A DNA stretch of 64,000 bases from Candidatus Woesebacteria bacterium. GTDB taxonomy: Bacteria; Patescibacteriota; Microgenomatia; UBA12405. Location: positions 49,801 through 113,800 of the forward strand of contig DAONDY010000002.1 of NCBI GenBank assembly GCA_035402805.1. Reading direction: 5' to 3'. Positions 56,774-64,000 of the stretch are shown in pieces; position 1 is the stretch's first letter, and every line of letters starts with the position of its first letter. The notes under the pieces were generated by a model that did no database searches, was not told the DNA's origin, and worked only from the letters and a program-made list of their open reading frames with translations. Made by a program: the position numbers and the translations under genes.

Positions 56774-58705
56774 ATGAGTGAAAGACCATCTGCAATAGAG
56801 TTTATGAAACAAGCAGCTGAGACTGATAGATTAAAAGAAAATTCTAGAAGAACTCAGGAAATAACGAAAAAATTAGTTGAAAATAGTGGAGTTTTTGGTG
56901 GTCAAATTGAAGAAGAAAGATCACAAGTTGTTTGTCAAGAGGTTTTGGCTGTTTTTGGTTCAAAATATGAGTCGGTTAGAAAGATGGAAGAGATCGCAGA
57001 ACCAAGCAACGCAAGTAGTACGGATAGACAAAAAGCTATGGCGACAGAAAATTTAGGAGTTTTGGGAACAGCAGCTTTTAGGGCAATAAATTTTTCTTTT
57101 AAAGAATATCCGGAGGGTTTAATTACATCAGCTCTTACGGCTGAACAAATAGATGATTTTTTACCAGAGGAAATGAAGGGATTGGGGAAATTTGTGGTCG
57201 AAGCAGATAAAAAGGCAACGGACGAAGAAAGAAAGGCTATTTTTGAAATGGATTTCCCTGGTGATAAAAATAATGTTTTAAATAATGAAAACGGTAAAAA
57301 TCACGAAGCCACAAGAAGATCAGAAGAAATAGTGAGAAAAAAAACCGGTAAGGAAGATGATTCTTATACTGATGTTAGAGGTGAAATAAAAGAAATTGAT
57401 TTTAACAATAGAGATCAAGTTCTAGAGTATAGTCGTGAGTTATTGGACTATCTAGAAAATTCTAATTATCCCAGTGAAGATTTAAATATCTCTGGTGAAA
57501 CAACTAAATTATTAAACTATATTCTAAATAAAAAAATTATAGGAAAAGATGGATTTGAAATTATAAATAAGGAAATAAAGGCTAGATTGGCTTTACATGA
57601 TACTGCAATTTTTATGACTAGGGCTGGGGGAAGTTTGTCTGATAGGAGTAATGAAAGCATTCCGAACATAATGAGTAAAATTGCGGAACACGACAGATTT
57701 TTGACAAGAGATGTTATGAGATTCTTTTTTGACAATGAAGGATCTATGGGGGTACCCTTTACTAAAGCTTGGGATCTGCTTCAAGACGCAAATTTTAATT
57801 ACAGAGATATGCTAAAAAGAGCAGGATTATCGGAAGATAGAATTAATGTTAAATTTAGAGAACCGGTGACCAGTGATCGTTTTTTTGGTCAAAAATATAC
57901 AAATTATGAATACGATACAAAGGAAGCTGATAAAGAAATGGTCTATTCATATATGTTAGAACAATTAGGTGGGGGTGAAAAAGCGAGAAAAGCATTACAG
58001 CTGGCACAAAAAATGTTTGTAGCTACGGACGAGGCCTCTGTTGTTAATGTTGGCTTTATTGGTGGTGATGATTTTTCTGAAGCCATACACTTTGGTCGTT
58101 TTAGAGAAGATGATGCGAAGCCTGGGAAGACAAAAAATGCTGGCCCCGATGTACACAGAGGATGGATTAAGAGTTTGACTCCTGGTTGGCTCAGAAACTT
58201 TTCTAATATTAGTGACCCTGATAAAAGAATAAGTGCAGAGGCGATTAGGACTCATTTGGATAATCTGGAAGGTAAAAAAGATTTTTATACTTATCACAGT
58301 GTTATTGTTGGCAAAAAAACTGGTCCTTTAAAAGAGTTGCTTTTAGATAAATCGCTTAAAAAACCGGAAGAAATTGTGGAATTAGATTTTTTTAAAAGTA
58401 AAATAGATTTGTTTAATAAATTGGACAAAGATAATAAAAAAGGGTTAAGAGCATATTGGGTAGCTGGTTTGTTACAATCCAATATGATGAATAGAAGTAA
58501 TCTGTGGGATGCAGACCATATCTCTGCTCTCAGAAAAATTTTAACTCGGGAAAGCCTCACACTAAAAGGTCAGAAAGAAGAGTTCTTTTTGACTAATGAT
58601 GAATGGAAATGGGTGGTTAAAAGTATAAACCTTAACAGGTACTTTAGAATGGATTTTATTGCGGATGTTATTGGAGACATGTATAAAATAAAAAAGAAAA
58701 GATAG
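56774..58705 (+). CDS. Large hypothetical soluble protein
   Basis: 643-aa ORF with TATAAT-N6-ATG start; no recognised motif. Confidence 0.75.
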   Translation: MSERPSAIEFMKQAAETDRLKENSRRTQEITKKLVENSGVFGGQIEEERSQVVCQEVLAVFGSKYESVRKMEEIAEPSNASSTDRQKAMATENLGVLGTAAFRAINFSFKEYPEGLITSALTAEQIDDFLPEEMKGLGKFVVEADKKATDEERKAIFEMDFPGDKNNVLNNENGKNHEATRRSEEIVRKKTGKEDDSYTDVRGEIKEIDFNNRDQVLEYSRELLDYLENSNYPSEDLNISGETTKLLNYILNKKIIGKDGFEIINKEIKARLALHDTAIFMTRAGGSLSDRSNESIPNIMSKIAEHDRFLTRDVMRFFFDNEGSMGVPFTKAWDLLQDANFNYRDMLKRAGLSEDRINVKFREPVTSDRFFGQKYTNYEYDTKEADKEMVYSYMLEQLGGGEKARKALQLAQKMFVATDEASVVNVGFIGGDDFSEAIHFGRFREDDAKPGKTKNAGPDVHRGWIKSLTPGWLRNFSNISDPDKRISAEAIRTHLDNLEGKKDFYTYHSVIVGKKTGPLKELLLDKSLKKPEEIVELDFFKSKIDLFNKLDKDNKKGLRAYWVAGLLQSNMMNRSNLWDADHISALRKILTRESLTLKGQKEEFFLTNDEWKWVVKSINLNRYFRMDFIADVIGDMYKIKKKR

Positions 58706-58756
58706 TGGATCAGTGGAGAATTGATGTTTTGATATTATAATTTTTTAAAATTCTGA

Positions 58757-60406
58757 TTACCCTGATGTTTCAGTACCGTCGTCGTCGTTTCTTGATGTTG
58801 TGTCTGATGGAGCTGGCGTGCTTGCTTGTCCAGCAGTTTCTTTTCTATTTTTTCCTTTTATTGAAAGTGAAATAGCATTAGTAGCTTTGCCGGCTGCTGA
58901 ACTTGCCATTTCTTTGCCAAAAGATCCGACGCTTTTAATAGCAGTGTTACTACTGACTGCTTCACCAATGGCTTTGCCAAAGGCAGATGGTTTTAACATA
59001 AATATAGCTTCGGGAACGAGGTTTGGAAGCTTAGAAATCATAGCAAGACCAGCAAGACCAATGGCGGCTCTTATTACAGCTCCACCACCAAGAGCACCAG
59101 TGTTTAATAAGGATGGTCGCCAGAGATCTATTCCAGCAACATTGTCGATAATGTAGTTAATGAAAACGACCGCGATTAAAACGACTGGGAAAACGGCGAC
59201 TTTAGAAATTAAATTAATCAACCAAGAGGAAAATCCTGCTTTACTGTTGGGAAAAGCTCCGATACCAATCATAATGGGAGCGGTAATTATTTGGATAATA
59301 ATAGTGACATAGGCAGTGAGAAGGCCGAAAAATAATTTTATTAACCAAATAGCGATTATAATAAACAAAACAATCATTAAAACAACTCCACCGACAGCAC
59401 CAACTAACCAACTAATTGCACCGCCACCCCAATTTAAAGCCCCACCAACACCACTACCAAAAAGACCACCGAGACCACCAATTATACTGCCTAAAACTAC
59501 CTGGCCGACAAGTCCACCAAGAGCTAGCATTGATCCACCAGGAACGGTGGCATTGGCTAACATAGAAAGGGTGACAAAATCAGCATTGGCTAAATTCTTA
59601 AAATTATAAAATGAGTTAGTTCCAATGAGGTCGACTGGAATAAGATTAGCCCATTTAGCTCCAGTAAAAAGAGACGAATCTAATCCTATTCCCTTAGCAG
59701 AGAAAAAGATCATAAGAACCATACCTTGGATCCAATAGCTTAAATCGATGATTAAACCGGCAATAGCATAAGAAAAAGTGACTAAAACTAGAGAGGTAAC
59801 CAATTTGGGAATACTGTTTTGAAGGGTGATGACGGCTTGGGGACTGATTTTTACCCGGAGCATAATCATAATACCAATTACAATAAAAATAACCGAAGCT
59901 AGGGCGTAAATAACGTTTCTTAAAATTTTCCATAAGGGAAGCAATGGTTGAAGACTTTCACCAGATTTAAAAGCAACGCCTTGAGCATAAGTGGGTTTAC
60001 CTAGAAAATTATTTTTGACTTGAGCAATATACTCGACACCAGAAGCTTGCGGCTGATAAAAAGCAGTAGCCATTTTAGTGGAAGTGCCTAAAAGCCCTGA
60101 TAATTGATATTTTGATTCATCAATTGAGCCATCCTCATTGAAAGGTAGTGGTCCGGTTAAAGTGGTTAAAAGATTAACAGCGTTGGTATTCCAAGAGTTT
60201 AATTGCCAAGATTCGGCGTTATTTTGTTTAGTTTGGGCGTCTTGAGTTTGTTTGATTATATTGTTGGCGGCAAGGATTTTTTTTACAGAGAAGATCGCAG
60301 TGATGGCAATAAGGGCAATAAAAATTATTTTAGTTAGAGTATTTATACTTGGCAAAAGACGAGTATCGCGGGAGTTGAGTTTTTTAAAAATATTAGCGAT
60401 GGACAT
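58757..60406 (-). CDS. VirB6/TrbL-like polytopic membrane protein
   Basis: Multiple TM helices, Gly-rich hydrophobic region, IIQIITAPI..GAFP; next to pilin array. Confidence 0.6.
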   Translation of the reverse strand: MSIANIFKKLNSRDTRLLPSINTLTKIIFIALIAITAIFSVKKILAANNIIKQTQDAQTKQNNAESWQLNSWNTNAVNLLTTLTGPLPFNEDGSIDESKYQLSGLLGTSTKMATAFYQPQASGVEYIAQVKNNFLGKPTYAQGVAFKSGESLQPLLPLWKILRNVIYALASVIFIVIGIMIMLRVKISPQAVITLQNSIPKLVTSLVLVTFSYAIAGLIIDLSYWIQGMVLMIFFSAKGIGLDSSLFTGAKWANLIPVDLIGTNSFYNFKNLANADFVTLSMLANATVPGGSMLALGGLVGQVVLGSIIGGLGGLFGSGVGGALNWGGGAISWLVGAVGGVVLMIVLFIIIAIWLIKLFFGLLTAYVTIIIQIITAPIMIGIGAFPNSKAGFSSWLINLISKVAVFPVVLIAVVFINYIIDNVAGIDLWRPSLLNTGALGGGAVIRAAIGLAGLAMISKLPNLVPEAIFMLKPSAFGKAIGEAVSSNTAIKSVGSFGKEMASSAAGKATNAISLSIKGKNRKETAGQASTPAPSDTTSRNDDDGTETSG

Positions 60407-60436
60407 TGAATAATTTTAGCATGGACTAATAAAAAA

Positions 60437-61234
60437 TTACCATCCCTCTGGTCGGAGACCTTCGAGGCCATTGGCATTATTAGCATCGATATTAAGCTGG
60501 GATGAGAAAAAATTATTTAATTTAATTTTTTGACTTTCGACTGTTTTATTTTGATCTTGGTTTTGATAGGGGATTGGCTGATCCATTATTTTAATAGTAT
60601 TGGCCTTGTCGCTGCTGTCGTTGGAAATATCTTTGATTGGAGTTAAAAAGAAATCATTATAAATTCCTTCATAACAAGGTAATTCGTAATCGGGAATTGA
60701 TGGTTTGGTTTCGATTTGAGCCAAAAGATCGGCTGGAGTATCTATTTTGGTATCATTTTCATCACAGATGAATTTTTGATTGGTTTGAGTAAGATAAAGA
60801 GCTAAATCACTAATTTTTTTTTCGAGACATTCATTAGAATCGGAACAAATTTTGCCAAGGATTTTATCCTGAGCTTTACCGTTAAAAACGTCATTAATAA
60901 TTTTACCTTTAAGACAGTCTTGAGTGTTGCTGGCGGTGGTTCGAGAACCAACGTAGGAGTGTTTATTTTTATATTCATCAGAAAGAGAGATATTTCCATA
61001 ATCAGAAAAATCTTCAACTTTTTCATTTTCACCACGATTGATATCGATATCGTAAGGTTTTTCAAAGAGACTGGTGATCCATTCCCAAATTATTTCAAAA
61101 ATATTGGGATTATATTTTTCAAATTTACAAGTATAAGTAGGAGTGGAAGTGGAAGTTGAATTTTGGGCAGAAACAAAAATGGGGGTAAATAGGGGAACGA
61201 TTAAAAATAATAAAACAATTAGAAAACGTTTCAT
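60437..61234 (-). CDS. Secreted Cys-containing hypothetical protein
   Basis: Signal peptide, several Cys. Confidence 0.7.
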   Translation of the reverse strand: MKRFLIVLLFLIVPLFTPIFVSAQNSTSTSTPTYTCKFEKYNPNIFEIIWEWITSLFEKPYDIDINRGENEKVEDFSDYGNISLSDEYKNKHSYVGSRTTASNTQDCLKGKIINDVFNGKAQDKILGKICSDSNECLEKKISDLALYLTQTNQKFICDENDTKIDTPADLLAQIETKPSIPDYELPCYEGIYNDFFLTPIKDISNDSSDKANTIKIMDQPIPYQNQDQNKTVESQKIKLNNFFSSQLNIDANNANGLEGLRPEGW

Positions 61235-61623
61235 TAGCTGGGAATGATAAAGTCGGTGACATTAACACCGGTGAAAGTACCGATAAATTTGATGATTATA
61301 AAAGAAATAATAACACCAACTAGTCCAATAATAGAGGTGGTGAGAGTGGAAGTGGCTTTGGCAGTTTTTTTGGGATCGCCGCCAGAAGTAAGATATTCGA
61401 AACCACCTTTGAGAAACATAATAAAAAAAACAATTCCAGCAAAATAAACGATAACTTGGGCAACGTTGGCAAAAATACATTCAAAACCCTTAATATTGGC
61501 AATCTTGTCACCGTTGCTATCAATTTGATAACAAGAACTTTTCCAATCTTCTTGAGCGTAAATTGGAGAAGGAAAGAAAATTTTTAAGAGTGAATTCATA
61601 AGCTGATTATACAGTAAAAACAA
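61234..61623 (-). CDS. VirB2/TrbC-like pilin
   Basis: GGFEYLTSGGDPKKTAKATSTLTTSIIGL. Confidence 0.8.
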   Translation of the reverse strand: MFLLYNQLMNSLLKIFFPSPIYAQEDWKSSCYQIDSNGDKIANIKGFECIFANVAQVIVYFAGIVFFIMFLKGGFEYLTSGGDPKKTAKATSTLTTSIIGLVGVIISFIIIKFIGTFTGVNVTDFIIPS

Positions 61624-61653
61624 AAACCCCTCCAGTTTGTTTTGGAGGGGTTT
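61624..61653 (-). terminator. Rho-independent terminator after the 61673-62050 pilin
   Basis: AAACCCCTCCA-N8-TGGAGGGGTTT, followed by a T-run on the minus strand. Confidence 0.75.
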
Positions 61654-61672
61654 AAAAATCAGTTTGATTTAA

Positions 61673-62050
61673 TTAGAAAGGTTTGATGGTTAGATCACCA
61701 AGGATGCTAATACCAAAGACAGTTCCAATTAATTGCATTATGGCCCAAGCGGCAAAGACAATCACTAAACCGATTAAAGCGTTAGTAATTTGAGAACGAG
61801 CGGCAGCAACTTTCTTTTCATCACCACCAGAAGTAATCCATTTAAGACCACCAATGACGAGAATGAAGAAAAAGATTAAAGAAACGATAATTAAAACTAA
61901 GCTAATAGCGCCAGAAACCATGCGGTTGACGGTTAAACCTTCAAGGTTTTTGAAAGTTCCTTCTCCAGCGGTTAATTTTAAATTTTCAGCTGCATAGATA
62001 GGAGCGGCAACTGCAGCGAACTGAATTTTTTCTTTGATTTGTTTGATCAT
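61673..62050 (-). CDS. VirB2/TrbC-like pilin (probable major subunit)
   Basis: GGLKWITSGGDEKKVAAARSQITNALIGL. Confidence 0.85.
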   Translation of the reverse strand: MIKQIKEKIQFAAVAAPIYAAENLKLTAGEGTFKNLEGLTVNRMVSGAISLVLIIVSLIFFFILVIGGLKWITSGGDEKKVAAARSQITNALIGLVIVFAAWAIMQLIGTVFGISILGDLTIKPF

Positions 62051-62102
62051 TTTAATTTAATAATTATTAATATTAACTAATTTTAACAGTAAATTTTATA
62101 TT

Positions 62103-62459
62103 TTAAATAGTTGGCCAGCTAATTTCTAAATTACCCAATCCTTCAATACCAAAAATGTAGCCAACTAGCTTGAGAAGGGCAAGGACTGAAAAAATAATAA
62201 CAACACCGATTATGGAATAAAGAAGAGCATGTTGGGCTTCTTCGTATTTTTTGGGATCACCTTGTGAAGAAATCATTTTGTAGCCGGCGAGAATAAAATG
62301 ATAAACAAAATAAATGACACCAAAAACAAATAAAACAGAGATTAAACTTTGAACAATGCTGTTAACATAGGTTTTGGGATTGTTTTGGATTTTACTTTCA
62401 CAATCGGTTAAAACTGGGTTGCAAACAATGGCGCGAACTGGTTTGATTAGATTTATCAT
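62103..62459 (-). CDS. VirB2/TrbC-like pilin
   Basis: AGYKMISSQGDPKKYEEAQHALLYSIIG. Confidence 0.8.
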   Translation of the reverse strand: MINLIKPVRAIVCNPVLTDCESKIQNNPKTYVNSIVQSLISVLFVFGVIYFVYHFILAGYKMISSQGDPKKYEEAQHALLYSIIGVVIIFSVLALLKLVGYIFGIEGLGNLEISWPTI

Positions 62460-62461
62460 AA

Positions 62462-62821
62462 TTAATTTATTGGTTGGAAAATGGTAGTTAAATCAAAAAT
62501 ACTGTTCATACCCAATAGAGAGGCGATTAAAGCGCCTAATCCGTAGGCAATAACTATGATGGCTAATCCAAGAAGGTTGGTGGTTAATCTTTTTTTTGCA
62601 GATTCCAACTCTTTTGGATCACCTTGAGAAGATATCATAGCAATCCCCGCCATAATTATTTGAATGGTAAAGTAAATAACACCGACTAAAGTTAATATAC
62701 CAATAACAGCACTAATTATTTTTTCGATCTGACCGGCTGATCCACCAGTTGAATCAGAGATTGGTTGAATACCTGGACCCTCAAGGACATTGGCTAATAA
62801 TTTATTGTTTAATTGGTTCAT
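62462..62821 (-). CDS. VirB2/TrbC-like pilin
   Basis: AGIAMISSQGDPKELESAKKRLTTNLLGL. Confidence 0.8.
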   Translation of the reverse strand: MNQLNNKLLANVLEGPGIQPISDSTGGSAGQIEKIISAVIGILTLVGVIYFTIQIIMAGIAMISSQGDPKELESAKKRLTTNLLGLAIIVIAYGLGALIASLLGMNSIFDLTTIFQPIN

Positions 62822-62830
62822 AAATTTAAA

Positions 62831-63151
62831 TTAAATAGTTGGATTAAGAATATCTAAACCAAGCCAGTTACCAATGGTGTTAGCAAGAATGAAAGCTGAG
62901 GCAACAATGGCGATACCAATAAGGCTTTGCCAGATAGTGGCCCAAGCTGCAGAAGTTTTTTTCTCGTCACCATTGGCGGTAAGATAGCCATAACCAGCAA
63001 GAATAATTTGAATGATAAAATAAATACCAGCGATAGTGCCGGCTAATTTGAAAATAGCGTTTAAAAACAGAAAGAGGCCGGATCCATCATCTTTAGCAAA
63101 AAATGGACTATTTTCTATTGGTGGTTTGATTTCGCCGAATATTGAAAGCAT
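62831..63151 (-). CDS. VirB2/TrbC-like pilin
   Basis: AGYGYLTANGDEKKTSAAWATIWQSLIGI. Confidence 0.8.
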   Translation of the reverse strand: MLSIFGEIKPPIENSPFFAKDDGSGLFLFLNAIFKLAGTIAGIYFIIQIILAGYGYLTANGDEKKTSAAWATIWQSLIGIAIVASAFILANTIGNWLGLDILNPTI

Positions 63152-63152
63152 T

Positions 63153-63497
63153 TTATAAATTTGAATTTAAAATATTAACTCCGGTAATTTTTCCTATAAT
63201 TTGGATTATGGTATAGGCGAGGAGCACTATAATAAATCCAATTGCGGCATTGGTAATAGCAGATTTGCCTTGATCGGCTTTTTTAGAATCACCTTTACCT
63301 GCGTTCATTATAAAGGTAATTCCGCCAAAAATCAAAAGAGAGAGCAGTATAATACCGGCAAGCATTAGAGAATATTTTAAAATAATCGAAATAAGAGTAC
63401 TGACACCGCCGTTTCCATAAGCGGCTTCAAGATTTTTACCTGTTCCTAGATTGATATCACCTATATTGAAGGCTAATAATGATTTCATACTTGCCAA
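63153..63497 (-). CDS. VirB2/TrbC-like pilin
   Basis: GGITFIMNAGKGDSKKADQGKSAITNAAIGF. Confidence 0.8.
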   Translation of the reverse strand: MASMKSLLAFNIGDINLGTGKNLEAAYGNGGVSTLISIILKYSLMLAGIILLSLLIFGGITFIMNAGKGDSKKADQGKSAITNAAIGFIIVLLAYTIIQIIGKITGVNILNSNL

Positions 63498-63621
63498 ATT
63501 ATACTATATTTAAGGCTTAAAAAGAGGATTGATTTTAGGGAAAAACAAGAGGTTTTGTTTAGACTATTGATTGAATAAAAATGATGTTATAATACGCAAC
63601 AAATTAGTTTAAAATGAATAT

Positions 63622-64000
63622 ATGAAAAAAATAGTCGCCCCACTATTAATAGTATTTGGTATTTGGTATTTAGCATTTGGTATAAAAACTGCTGAAGCAA
63701 AAACGGTAAAGATTAACCCAACTGAAGTGGCAACGCCAACAGCAACTTTAGCGCCAACGGCAGTACCAACGGTGGCTAATATAACTGAGTTTAATGGCAA
63801 TAAAATTGATTATGAAGTGAATAAATGGAACGGTCTTAATAGTTTTAGGTGGATGATTAAATTGGCAATTGACAGAGGAGTATCGACAAACACAATAGTC
63901 TTACTATTATTATTGCCGTTAATTGCAACCTTAGTGTCGTTTTTACATTATGTGGTGGGTTTGTCGGGTTATGGAATTTTTATGCCAACAATGATTGCAG
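63622..64000 (+). CDS. 7TM-domain membrane protein, partial (runs off window)
   Basis: Manual translation MKKIVAPLL...GVSTNTIVLLLLLPLIATLVSFLHYVVGLSGYGIFMPTMIA. Confidence 0.7.
   Translation, partial: MKKIVAPLLIVFGIWYLAFGIKTAEAKTVKINPTEVATPTATLAPTAVPTVANITEFNGNKIDYEVNKWNGLNSFRWMIKLAIDRGVSTNTIVLLLLLPLIATLVSFLHYVVGLSGYGIFMPTMIA

Noticed and set aside
9049-63800. Numerous 60-135 aa ORFs antisense to or nested in long genes (e.g. 9049, 13679, 21995, 37254, 53125, 58800, 63609)
   Set aside because: They overlap confidently identified genes and have no motifs; expected shadow ORFs.
1-64000. Alternative genetic code (TGA read-through) or prophage
   Set aside because: Conserved genes are full length under code 11, some end in TGA, and no phage structural or integrase genes are seen.

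Overview
AT-rich bacterial chromosome segment (standard genetic code), most consistent with a Patescibacteria/CPR (Microgenomates-like) genome. The evidence is an archaeal-type TyrRS, a stand-alone 5'-3' exonuclease, a PrgI/VirB4/NlpC cluster, six tandem VirB2-like pilins, GT-C glycosyltransferases, DUF4012 and apparently leaderless genes. It carries the dnaN-oriC-dnaA-rpmH-rnpA-yidD-yidC-jag core, ftsH, trxB, mutM, an Rrf2-IscS fusion operon and a two-component system. The most unusual structure is the tRNA-Ser(GGA) locus (about 3.9-7.9 kb). A small GIY-YIG gene sits between a broken 5' tRNA copy and the intact tRNA, whose first bases it encodes. Downstream lies an array of single-gene cassettes separated by about 45-bp repeats that end in a copy of the tRNA 3' end, with no integrase in the window. 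Several families of small palindromic or tandem repeats, one with 13 co-oriented copies, are dispersed through the window and sit in-frame inside several proteins. A divergent CCA/poly(A)-polymerase-like NTase fused to a wHTH lies beside GGDEF and Crp genes. All calls come from reading motifs by eye; no database searches were run.
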